Source: the human T2T-CHM13v2.0 reference genome, Homo sapiens. From it: a stretch of 64,000 nucleotides of DNA. Position 1 is the first letter of the stretch. Every line of letters starts with the position of its first letter. The translations under genes and the position numbers were made by a program. Location: NCBI RefSeq assembly GCF_009914755.1, contig NC_060930.1. One strand, 5' to 3'. Under the pieces are notes generated by a model. The model made no database searches, had not been told where the DNA came from, and saw only the letters and a list, made by a program, of their open reading frames with translations. Shown piece after piece: positions 41,824 to 54,520 of this stretch.

Positions 41824-42871
41824 TTTGTCATCTGCCCCACGTGTCTTCTGAAGCTGTTCTCAGTAAAGTCACAATAATCTTTCAATTGACAAAACAACTG
41901 ACAGTTTTCAATCTTTATCTTGCTTGACCCCTGCATTTTATCGTTGACCTCAGCCTACATGAAATGCCATCCTTCCCTGGATTCAAGTAAGTAGCTTCCT
42001 CCTGCTTTACTTCCTGACTTTCTGGTCACTTCTCAGGGATTTCAAACATTGTTTTGGAATATTTGAAACAAACTAAAAGTGTAAGAAATAATGTAACAGA
42101 CATCTGTGTTTCCACCAGCTAGCTTTAACAAACATTAACATCTAATCGCATTTATTTGTTTTGGATCTTTTTGGATTCGATCTTCTTTTCTGTCACCCAC
42201 CCTCAAAGTCACCTTCTCTAGAGTTGTTCTTCTGCTTTTATTATTGTTATTATTACGATTTTATTTACTTGTGCCTTCCTTGGCAACTGTATCTACACTT
42301 ATGGCTTTACAATAGATTTTTCCATCTGGGACTGCCTTCCCAAGTTTAAAACCTACGGATCTTAGGCATTTTCACAAAAATATTTTATAGGTACCTTAAA
42401 TACATATAATACACATCTCCGTCTGGTTTTACGGCACACAGAAGTTCATCAACACAGAAGGATCTATTTCTCAGAAGGAGAGTGGCCCCTCAGGGACTGT
42501 GTTCTTTATTCAAAATTCTGGAGACTTCACAATGGTTCTCATTTTAAGGATACACACATATGCTCTCTCCAGAATGGCTGTCTGCCTCAGATACTTAAAG
42601 CAGAGAAGTCATGAGTGCCTTACACTGGAGCTTGGATCAATTAGAGTTTTTTATCTTGCTTTGAGTAAGCCTGTACTCAAGATGAGTAGCTTTATGGTCA
42701 CATACACACACACACACACACAAATCCCTTCCTGGCTGTGAAAAACTCAGAACTGGAAGATTTTAATTTATCAGAATCATCTTTTGTCAGTCAGCTTTTA
42801 ATTAAGTGAATCCTCAAGCTTCCAATGGAGACTAATCGCAGCACTGTGTTGCTCAATGCACATTATACACC

Positions 42872-43240
42872 CATTCACGCATTCAATCAATGTTTATTGA
42901 ACGTTTACCACATGCTATTAGGCACTGTTATGGGTGATAGGAATTTGGTGGTGATCTCCATGAAGTTGGGATTCTGTTGAGCAAGATAGCCATTAATAAA
43001 TTCATCATCCAAATAAACTTAAAAATATACCGATGATAAGGCTGTGAGTTATAGATCCTATGGACATGTAAAATAGGTGATCTGACATAATTTGGGGATG
43101 GCTATGGCAGAATTGAGTGTGGACCAAAAACTTGCTGATTATTTGGAGCTAACAAGAAAAGTGTGTGTGGTAGAGGTGGTGGGGGTGGGGAGAATGTTCC
43201 AAGAGGAAACAAGATATGTAAAGACCCTATGATAAGAGAG
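42872..43240 (-). mobile_element. L2 3' end
   Basis: cattcaatcaatgtttattgaacgtttacc...aggcactgtt. Confidence 0.7.
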
Positions 43241-43822
43241 TGCCAAACAGGTCTGTATTCTTTCTTTCACTTTGAATTCTCAAAGGGCATACCTAAGAAA
43301 TTTAAGTTTTACAAATACTGTGAGGAAAGTGTTGAATACATCTTAACCTCTTTCCTCTTTTCATAGATTCACAAGGCATTTTAGCCTACTAAAGATTGAA
43401 AAATCATGGCATATATAACTGGTTTAACTTGGTTTAATTAAACATGCCCACATGTCCCAAACTTATTTTACCATGAAATTCTTTTTTTCTGCATTAATGG
43501 TTATTCAGCTGGAGCAAAATTAGTAATCTCATCAAACAAAACAAAACATACAACTGTCTGGGCTACATTATTCCAGGGATTAGTGATTCCCTGGCTCTTT
43601 GATGTGGGACATCTCAGGCCAAAACTGTGGCTGACCAGGTTTAGATAAGAGATAAAGCAGTTAGATCTGCAGGTGTCTGTCCTAGTCTGTAAAACGTGGG
43701 GTCTTTGGTGAAAACCTCATTAACCAGTCATTTCAGCACAAATTACTCCCAGATCTCCCAATCCTGGGGCACACAGACAAGTCTATTCTCTTCTGCTTCA
43801 GTCAGAAATCTCTAGTCTACAC

Positions 43823-44031
43823 CAAGGGTCACGACTTTCTTCTGAAAGGATCAGATAGTAAATGTTTTATGCTTCAGGGCCATGTGGACACTTGCAACTA
43901 CTAAACTCTGCTACTGTAGTAGAAAAGCAGCCATGGACAATAGGTAAATGTATGAGTGTAGCTGCATTTTAATAAAAATATATTTGCAAAAACAGGCAGT
44001 CCACCAGCAGGCCATAGTTTGCCAACTCTAC
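43823..44031 (+). mobile_element. MER58A hAT MITE (orientation relative to consensus not certain)
   Basis: caagggtc...cagatagtaaatgtttta...aaagcagccat...gccatagtttgccaactc; 8-bp TSD gtctacac/gtctatcc. Confidence 0.85.
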
Positions 44032-45937
44032 GTCTATCCTATTTCTGAAAGTCATTCTTGGTGAAGTTACTTTCTAATGCCATTTTGCATCTAAACCACA
44101 GGTTCATGTGCAATCACACCTTCCTTATGGATTACATATTGCAATGTGACAAACAGTGGTGGTGAATACTGTGTGATGGTTTCCACAGGGGTTCTTCCTG
44201 AAGGGTGGTGAACAGTTTGTGAAGGTTTCCACAGGGGTTCATGGGGCAACCTGCTTCTACCCAAGTTTTCTCACATACCTCGTAGATTTTTTTTTTCATG
44301 TTTCTAGAAGAAATTCAACTTTGTGGAGCTATCATGTGGTTTTACAAACAAGGGGTTCTAAAGTTAACTGACATTATGGCTTCAAGAACAGGTTTTAGCA
44401 TACTGACTATGTGACTACAAGCCACAGTCATACGATAGCCCTGTGTTTTCTACCATCGTCTAGCTGTGAAATCTAGAACCAGAATTGGCCTTTGTCTCAA
44501 CAAAGGTCACTCGAAGTTAAAAAAAATTACACCAAAATACATACACACATATAAAATAACTTCACTACCTGTACATCCTTAAACCCTAGGAACAACTTTT
44601 ATGCATCAATCACCAGGCATCTTACTTGCAATGTGCACAGGAAAGCTTTTAATTACCTGCTTTTTCACAGCTAATAATGGGCTCATAGGTTGATATGACT
44701 CCAGGATTGTATTATTTTCAATGACCCTAAGTGCTATGGCATAACCTTATCTAGATTCTGACCTGAGGGCAGTGAACTTGCTGGGTAAGGTCAGCCATAG
44801 GAAATTAGCTCACAAAAGAGATGCCACCCTCTGCCCAGCTTCTGTTACATGGCATTTATTGACACTTGTATCACAGTCTTAGCTGTCAGACCAATCACTT
44901 TTAGATAAGTACTCACAGGAGTGATTGCTCTCACTGCTTCCCACCTTATAACTGCCTTTAAGCCACCAGCAGTTCACATTCCACCTGAGGGTCCATTGTT
45001 GCAGCCCTGTTCCTGGAACTAGTTTGTATGTGTGTGTTTGTCTTTCAGATTGTTAGAAAAATAGAACCCAATGATCTCATATAATTGGGGGATATTGTAA
45101 GAATGAGGCCTCAGCTCTTCCTTCTTGCTCAGCCATTCTGATGCCTCTCTCACCTCTCTGTTGGCCTCTTGATCTCTTTCTCTGTATTTCATCTTCAAAC
45201 TCCCTATGCAAGAAGGACATGATCATCCAGGCTAATTACCATCTGATATCCAGCACAAATTTTCATTAGCATTTGGGCTAGACATAGATTATCTGTCCAA
45301 CAGAAATAGTATTCTTGAAAGCACATGACTTTGCTAGTCATAAAGACTAGTCTGAAGCTGGGCAGAGCTGCTAGCTGATTCTTGAAGGCCTTGAGATCTG
45401 ACCAGTTAGAGTATAGGCATAGAGTATATGAAGTCACAGAAGAAATATTGAGGAAAAAAAAAAGAAAAATAAAATTCCCAGGAAGAAATTATAAATGGTC
45501 CCAGTAGCAGCCACCAGCATCATACTAGTTGCTAAATCCAATTAGTGTTATTCAGTCTTTATTTACTTCATCTCTGCAAAATTCAACATTGTTAAAAACT
45601 GTCTCCTCCCCTTGATTTTCTTCTCCTTTCTACATCTTCTCACCTTTGTTTTTTAGGATTCCTCTTCTTCTTATCTTCTAAATGTTTGTGCCTCTAAGGC
45701 TTATATTTGCCCTCTGTTGATCTTACATTGTCCCTGAAAATCTCATCCAGTTATTGATTATACCATGATTTGCTAGATATATGGCTCCACTCAGAATCTC
45801 TCTTGAATTCTAATTTTATAAAGTTAGCTTTTGGCTGGGCATCGCAACTTGCCTAAATGAAGGAACTAAAACTCATTATAAGACACTGTAACAAAAACTG
45901 AACTTATTATTGTTTTTTCTTTTTTTAAAAAATAAAT

Positions 45938-46154
45938 TAGTGGTTCTCAGTAGGGGATGATTGAGGTCCCATGGGACGTTAGGCAAAGTCTAGAGACATA
46001 GCCTTGACAATGGGTGGGGGTATGTGCTACTGGCATCTAATGCATAGAGGTCAGAGATGGTGGGAAACATCCTACAATGCACAGGACAGTCTCCTCAAAT
46101 AATTTTTTAAAAAATAGCCCAAAGTGTCAATAATGCCAAGGTTGGGAAACCATG
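45938..46154 (+). mobile_element. MER20 hAT element
   Basis: agtggttctca...tgctactggcatcta...aaacatcctacaatgcacaggacag...ggttgggaaaccatg. Confidence 0.88.
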
Positions 46155-46249
46155 CTGTAAATGTATTTCGCATATTCCCATTGTGTGTGGGAATAGCATG
46201 ATTATCTGCCGTGTCACATAAGCCTAGAAATCTACAAGTCATAAAGCAA

Positions 46250-46825
<576 letters not shown>

Positions 46826-46899
46826 ATTCTGACTCTGCCTGACCAACTTCTCCTTCTCTGCTTATTAAATCATTCTTGCTGTTAATGCCTTATTGCACA

Positions 46900-47210
46900 T
46901 AACCTTTTTTTCCCTTAAAAAATGCAACAACTTCCTAATTGATCAGTCTTGCCCTGCTTAAATTCATCTTCTATATACTCACTACAGGGTGCTATTTTTA
47001 AAGCATAGTATTGATCATGTTACCTTCCAATTTAAAACCCTTCAAAGGTTTGCATTGTTTATAGGAAAAAGTCTCAATTATTTGACATGGCATAAAAAGC
47101 CAGAGAGAATAATTTATCTGCAGACATTATTATTTTCATCACTTTCCCATACTCCTCCTATAGCTTGCACTCAAACTTTGCTAAACTACTTCTTATGACC
47201 TGAATTCATC
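46900..47210 (+). mobile_element. L2 fragment
   Basis: caacaacttcctaattg...tgatcatgttacc...taaaacccttcaaaggttt. Confidence 0.6.
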
Positions 47211-49674
47211 ATGTTTAAATTTTATTCACAGAAAAACAGAACAAATGATAAGGATGAAATGAGTATCGTTCAATTATTTATCAAGAGTTAAATATAAAGC
47301 CAACTGTTGTGATAAGTCCTGAGATAATAAAGGTAGACAAGAAATGATCTCTGCCTTCAAATAATTTAAAGTCTTAACTTTTTCTATTTATTATTATTTA
47401 ACTACTACTAGTTTTAAGCATAATTCTCTAATTTCTATTCCCAGACTTGTTTTGTAGAAGTTTGTATTTGTTTCTTAGAGGTTTGCTCTTATAATATTAA
47501 TAACATGGATGATGTAAATTAATCCTTTAAGATTGAAACACTCCAGAGAAATGGCTACAGCCCTTTAGGAAGGTTCTCTGAGATTCATGGTTTCATGGTC
47601 AGTTATTAACCTTCATAATCTATCTATTGATAGAAAAAGTTTTGGGTACACATTGTGGACCACATTTTGTCACCTGACATAAGAATTACTGTAGTTGCCT
47701 AGAACTATGCATTTAGATTTTTTCCTTGTTCATCATATCACTTGATGTACAAGTGATTTTTGTCACTTTTACATTTGTTATATTTTTGTGACTAATGAGA
47801 GTCATCTGTCACTATTTTTCTCCCTCAAATTACTCCCAGACATGGACACAATATTTGATGTAGGCACCTGATCAAGATCCACCAGACTATCAGTGAACTT
47901 GAAAGGTTCCCAGGGACCTGATGTTGATGCTATTTCATTACAATGAGAGCAAATGATCAATTTAACATTTCTGAGATTAATGACTATTTTTGTGGTGTTA
48001 AAAGGCCACCCGTGAGAGTTTGCATTTTAATTCTGTAGCCCTTAATATATTTAGCAATAAAGCTGTAGATTCAAATAAAATATACAGTATTTTGAAAATA
48101 CATTACACTCTAAAATTTAATCTACTTTAAAATTGTTATAGACTCTGAAATGTCTGTCTGATGATGCCACATAAATTGTCAAAAGCAAGAAAACAGTGAT
48201 GTGGAAAGTGACAATCTATTCTTAAACCAACTCCATGTATCACAAGAACTACATAAAATCAGGGAGCCTTAGTCATTATCCATTGTGCTTCAAAATTTGA
48301 GTGATTTAGGAGCAGATTAATTTAACTTAAAACTAATCCCCCCATACTCTCTATTTTAACCCCATGAATATAATTCACATGTCTCTAAGTTAGTACTTAG
48401 TATTAATAGAACAACCAAAATAATGGAGTGTCTTGTATTCGTATGCCGTCTTTATTTTCCTTATATAACCTGCACTATAAGTGAATTTGACATCATTATT
48501 AAATGAGATCTGATACATAATTAAATGTATGCCAATAACGGTAGCCTTATTAATATCTTTGGCATCATTAATTTAGCTTCTCTCCCTTTCTTTCATTAAT
48601 TTGAAACAACCTCTTTTAGTACCTGGGAACACTTTAAGAACTGTCAAACTTTTCTTCTGCCAGCCTTCAAAGGTCAAAACTAGCTGTGACACCTAAAATT
48701 CAAATGTAATTAGTTTGAGATTTACAGGGATTGTATGCCAATCTTCTAGTAGCTTAGAAGTGACGTGGTATCTAACCTTTGGTGGCCTCAAGAGACATTC
48801 AGATAGATGTGAAGATAAATAGAAAAATATTACCCACCACATGCACTGTTGGTGTGCCTATTAGATTTCTTTTTTCCTGGTTTGGGTTTTGGAGTTTGTG
48901 TTTTTACACTTTCTCTTGATTTTAAGAACAAATCTCTCACAGCATCCTAGCACTGAGTTGGTATTCTTATTTAAAGCTTGGCTCACGTGATATATACTTG
49001 GATCATTAAACTGAAGGACTTGTACAGTCACGATTTTTAATGAAGCATGTTTGAATAATTATGCTAATTTACAAAGCACTAGAATCAAATCAAGTGATCA
49101 AAGTTTTCATGATTGCTATCATGTGTTCCTAACCCCCCTCTGCCACCCTCACAATTTGCTGCATGTAGAAGTCTTTCCTAGGAATGTGTTTGGAAATGGC
49201 TATTAATCAATGCTGAGCCATTAGAAAAAAAATTTTGTAAGCAGCCTAATGCACTTTATGTTATGCTTCTATAGTGGACTATATGTGACTGTAGAGGTAA
49301 TATTATTCTGCCACACTCTCGCCTAAATACCACCTACAATCGATACTGCATTCTGCCTTGACAGAAAGCTGAATTTTTATCTGTTAAATGCGTGAGCTTG
49401 GGGCAGTGATGTGTCTGAAGTGGTTTAAATCTGAAATGTGATGTGCTGCAAAGAGAGTTGATTGACATCTTTGTTTATTGAAAAGTATTACATGAACAAC
49501 AAAACATAGGCAGAGGCAGAACACTCCATTGCAAAATGCAGCTGTGTTATTTTTCAATCCTATGTGCTCTGCCCCTTTGAAGCTTGTCTGATGTAATAAA
49601 GCCAGAGGATATAAAACAAACAAGAATCTTCTTGATTCAACACTCAAAAATTTAGACAAGGATGCCAAAGATGC

Positions 49675-49701
49675 TTTTTTTTTTTTTTTTTTTTTTTTTT
49701 T
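49675..49701. repeat. Poly(T) run, 27 nt
   Basis: Uninterrupted T run, no flanking TSD seen. Confidence 0.9.
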
Positions 49702-50269
49702 GGCTTGGGGTAAAATCTCTCCCACACAATGCTTGCTGCCCTGACATTCTATAAGGATACTTACTTCTGAAAAACTGTACATTTAAAATTATGTTCTTAT
49801 GTTTATGAATTTGAATATAAATTCAGAATTATTTAATAAGAAAACAAATTGGAGAGGGTTGAATGTTTTTATGTATCCTCTATAAATGAGAAAAAGGACA
49901 TTAATGACACTAATCTTAAAGCACTAAACATGCAAGAATAAGAAATTAAATTCCCTTTAAATTTTATGTTAGAATAATTATCCCCCTCAATGCAATTTGC
50001 CCATGTTTTATTAAAGCTTTATTATGTCAAGGTAAATAGAGGTTAATGCTGCTGTTACTTCTTCCAATGAAGTATTATCTTTAATCTTGCTTTAATAAAA
50101 TAGTGGCAAATTGCACAGTAGGGGTAATCACCATGGGCTAATTTAGAGAGTTGTAAAATCCTTTACCAAGTATATACTGTAGTTAAAAATAGAAGTAGTC
50201 TTAAAAAAACACAAATTGCAATGTAACTTGGAGGAAGTTAAGGAGATTGCTATTCATAATTTCAATTAC

Positions 50270-50740
50270 TTAATTAAATAGATGATTATTGAGTACCTAC
50301 TATGTGCACTGTTCTGGCTGTGTCGAGGGTATGAAAGTATATAAAAATGGACTTTCTCCCTAAGGAGCTTATGATTAACTACTTGGGAAAATACATAAAA
50401 ACAAATCACTATTGACTATGAAGCTTGCCATAGCAGAATTGTGAACATCCCTGCCATGGATTTTTAGAAGAGAGAAAGGTCACTTCAGGCAGAAGATCAA
50501 GAAGAGGTCATCTGAACTGAGTCTTGAAGGATGGTATAAAATGGAAATGTGTCAGAGGAAAGGGAAGGATATTTTAGGTAAGGAAATGGCAAGAGCAAAG
50601 GACTGGGGCCAAAGGGTACCAGATGTCCAATCAATATTTTCTTGCCAGGTTCAATCAGAGCTGAGAGTTGGACTGAAAGACCAGTCAGAGTCTATTACAA
50701 AAAGCCAGTTGAGAAGCAGAGAGGTCTTCTACCATTCTGG
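50270..50740 (-). mobile_element. L2 3' portion
   Basis: ttattgagtacctactatgtgc...tgaactgagtcttgaaggatg...gcaagagcaaagg. Confidence 0.75.
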
Positions 50741-50909
50741 ATTGGACAGCCTTAGCTGGAAAAAAATTTCGCTAGGTATATATAATATATATGAATATGT
50801 GCATATATTTATATATAATATATATAAAATCTCCTACATTACTGAGTTAATATACTATATACATTATTAAACATATGTACAAATAGAAAAAAGGATGCTT
50901 TTTGTTTTT

Positions 50910-53900
50910 TATCTTCACATTTCTTTTATGTATTTTTTAAAATTTTAATTTAATTTAATTTTAAGATCCAGGATACAAGTGCAGGATGTGCAGGTTTGTT
51001 ACATAGGTAAACGTATGCCATGGCGGTTGGCTATACCTATCAACCCTTCACCTAGGTATTAAACTCAGCATGCATTAGCTATTTTTCCTAATGCTCTCCC
51101 CCTCCCCACCCTGCCCCCTGACAAGCCGTCGTGTGTATTGTTCCCCAGCCCTGTGTCCATGTGTTCTCATTGTTCAGCTCTCGCTTGTAAGCGAGAACTT
51201 GGGGTGTTTGGTTTTCTGTTCCTGTGTTAGTTTGCTGAGGATAATGGCTTCCAGCTCCATCCCTGTCCCTTCAAAGGACATGATCTCCTTCCATTTTTAT
51301 GGCTGCATAGTATTCCATGGTGTATATGTACCACATTTTCTTTTTCCAGTCTATCATTGATGGGCATTTGGGTTGATTCCATGTCTCTGGTATTGTGAGT
51401 AGTGCTGTAACGAACATATGCGTGCACATATCTTTATAAAAGAATGGTTTATATTCCTCTGAGTATATACCCAGTAATGGGATTGCTGGGTTAAATGATA
51501 TTTAATTTTATTTCTACCTCTAGGTCTTTGAGGAATAGCCACACTGTCTTCCCGAATGGTTGAGCTAATTTACATTTCCACCAACAGTATAAAAGCATTC
51601 CTGTTTCTCCACAGCCTTGCCAGCATCGGTTGTTTATGGACTTTTTAATAATTGCCATTCTGACTGGCGTGAGATGGTATCTCACTGTGGTTTTGATTTG
51701 CATTTCTCTAATGATCAGCAATGTTGAGCTTTTTTTCACATGTTTTTTGGCTGCATAAGTGTCTTCTTTTGAGAAATGTCTCTTCGTGTTCTTTGCCCAC
51801 TTTTTAATGGAGTTGTTTGTTTTCTTCTTATAAATTTAAGTTCCTTGTAGATGCTGGATATTAAGCCTTTGTCAGATGGATAGATTGCAAAAATTTTCTC
51901 CCATTCTGTAGGTTGCCTGTTCACTCTGATGATAGTTTCTTTTGCTGTACAGAAGCTCTTTAGTTTAATAAGATCCCATTTGTCAATTTTGGCTTTTGTT
52001 GCAGTTGCTTTTGGCATTTTCATTATGAAATCTTTGCCGGTGCCTATGTCCTAAATGGTATTGCTTAGGTTTTCTTCAAGGGTTTTTATAGTTGTGTGTT
52101 TTACATTTAAGTCTTTAATCCATCTTGTTAATTTTTGTGTAAGGTGTAAAGAAGGGGTCCAGTTTCAGTTCTGTGCATAGGCTAGCCTATTCTCCCAGCA
52201 CCATTTATTAAATAGGAAATCCTTTCCCCATTGCTTGTTTTTGTCAGTTTTGTCAAAGATCAGATGGTTGTAGTTGTGTGGTCTTATTTCTGAGATCTCC
52301 ATTCTGTTCCATTGGTCTATGTGTCTGTTTTTGTACCAATACAATGCTGTTTTGGTTACTGTAGCCCTGTAGTATAGTTTGAAGTTGGGTAGCGTGACGC
52401 CTCCAGTTTTTTTTTCTGCTTAGAATTGTCTTGGCTATGTGGGCTCTCTTTTGGTTCCATATGAACTTTAAAGTAGTTTTTTTCTAATTCTAGGTAAAGA
52501 ATATCAGTGATATTTTAATGGGAATCTCATTGAATCTATAAATTACTTTGAGCAGTATGGTCATTTTCATGATATTGATTCTTCTTATCCACGAGCATGG
52601 AATGTCTTTCCATTTGTGTCCTCTCTGATTTCCTTGAGCAGTGGTTTGTAGTTCTCCTTGAAAAGGTCCTTTACTTCCCTTGTTAGCTCTATTCCTATTT
52701 ATTTTATTCTCTTTGCAGCAATTGTGAATGGGAATTAATTCATAATTTGGCTCTCTGCTTGTTTATTGTTGGTATGTAGGAATGCTTGTGATTTTTACAC
52801 ATTGATTTTGTATCCTGAGATTTTGCTGAAGTTGCTTATCAGCTTAAGAAGCTTTTGGGCTGAGATTCTGGGGTTTTCTAGATATAGGACCATGTCATTT
52901 GCAAAGAGTGACAGTTTGACTTTTTCTCGTCCTATTTGAGTACCCGTTCTTTCTTTCTCTGGCCTAGATTGCCCTGGCCAGAACTTCCAACACTATGTTT
53001 AATAGGAGTGGTGACAGACAGCATTTTTGTCTTATGCCAGTTTTCAAGGGGAATGCTTTCAGCTTTTGTCCATTCAGTATGATATTGGCTGTGGGTTTGT
53101 CATAAATGACTGTTACTATTTTGAGGTATGTTCCATCAATACCTTGTTTATTGGGAGTTTTTAACATGAAGGGATGTTCAACTTTATTAAAGACCTTTTC
53201 TGTGTCTATTGAGATAATCATGTGGTTTTTGTCTTTAGTTCTGTTATGTGATGAATTACATTTATGATTTGCATATGTTGAACGAGCCTTGCATCATGGG
53301 GATGAAGCCCACTTGATTGTGGTGGATACGCCTTTTGATGTGCTACTGGATTTGGTTTGCCAGTATCTTATTGAGGATTTCTGCATTAATGTTCATAAGG
53401 GATATTGGCCTAAAGTTTTCTTTTTTTGTTGTATCTCTGCCAGGTTTTGGTATCAGGATGATGCTGGCATCGAAAAATGAGTTAGGGAGGAGTCCATCCT
53501 TTTGAATTGTTTGAAATAGTTTCAGAAGAAATGGTACCAACTCCTCTTTTACCTCTGGTAGAATTCATCTGTAAATCCATCTAGTCCTGGGCATTTTTTG
53601 GTTGGTAAGCTATTTATGACTGCCTCAATTTCAGAACTTGTTATTGATTTATTCAGGGATTCAAATTCTTACTGTTCAGTTTTGGAAGGGTGTATGTTTC
53701 CAGGAATTTATCCTTTTTGTCTAGATTTTCTAGTTTATTTGCATATAGCTGTTTATAGTATTCTCTGATGGTTGTTTGTATTTCTGTGGGGTCCCCTTTA
53801 TCTTTTTTGTGTGTCTATTTGATTCTTCTCTCTTTTCTTCTTTATTAGTCTAGCTAGCAGTCTTTTTTTTTTTTTTTTTTTGAGATGGAGTCTCACTCTA

Positions 53901-54390
53901 TTGTCCAGTCTGGAGGGCAGTGACACGAACTTGGCTCACTGCAACCTTCATCTACTGAGTTCAAGTGATCCTCCTGCCTCAGCCTCCCTAGTAGCTGGGA
54001 CTACAGTTGCATGCCACCATACTCAGCTAATTTTTGTATTTTTAGTAGAGACAGCATTTCACCATGTTGTCTAGGCTGGTCTCGAACTCCTGACCTCAAC
54101 TGATTCGTCTGCCTTGGCCTCCCAAAGTGCTGGGATTACAAGCAAGAGCCACCATGCCCGGCCCATGGTCTATTTTTTTGATTTTTTTCAAAAAATCCAG
54201 CTCCTGGATTTGTTGATTTTCTTTGGAAGGGATTTTGCTGTCTCTATCTTTTTCAGTTCCGCTCTGATCTTGTTTATTTCTTGTCTTCTGCTAGCTTTGG
54301 GGTTTGTTTGCTATTGGTTCTCTAGTTCTCTTAGTTGTGATGTTAGGATGTCAATTTGAGATCTTTCTAACTTTTTGATATGGGCATTTA
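50910..54390 (-). mobile_element. L1PA8/PA10-like 3' 3.1 kb (ORF2 RT to 3'UTR)
   Basis: 3'UTR acctaggtattaa..cagcatgcattagctatt; ORF2 peptides 52964..53221 and 51736..52023; stops abruptly at tgggcattta. Confidence 0.93.
53863..54163 (-). mobile_element. Alu (Jb/Sz-like) inserted into L1
   Basis: T tail, gagatggagtctcactc...accatgcccggcc; L1 resumes at ggtctatttt. Confidence 0.92.
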
Positions 54391-54393
54391 TTT

Positions 54394-54520
54394 ATTAATT
54401 TATGACCATAGTTTTGTTAAGTATAAAATAGGAATAATAGTAACTATATAAATTAATTTGTGCAAATTCAAATGGGAAAACCATGTTTTACATCAGTTCT
54501 ACTGGGATTATAAAGCACAA
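54394..54520. mobile_element. Scrambled MIR pieces at a rearrangement junction (middle piece +, 5' piece -)
   Basis: 54394-54446 resembles MIR core ...agttt...gtataaaataggaataatagtaacta; 54448-54520 resembles antisense MIR 5' part (weak match). Confidence 0.55.

Noticed and set aside
48439-48452. tcgtatgccgtctt matches 14 nt of the Illumina P7 adapter
   Set aside because: The match does not extend (no preceding atc, no following ctgcttg) and is embedded in ordinary sequence; probably coincidence. Orthologue presence would settle it.
49384-49782. 132-aa ORF with poly-Lys, or a solitary retrotransposon tail
   Set aside because: The poly-K is only the T27 run; no TSD or element body is visible
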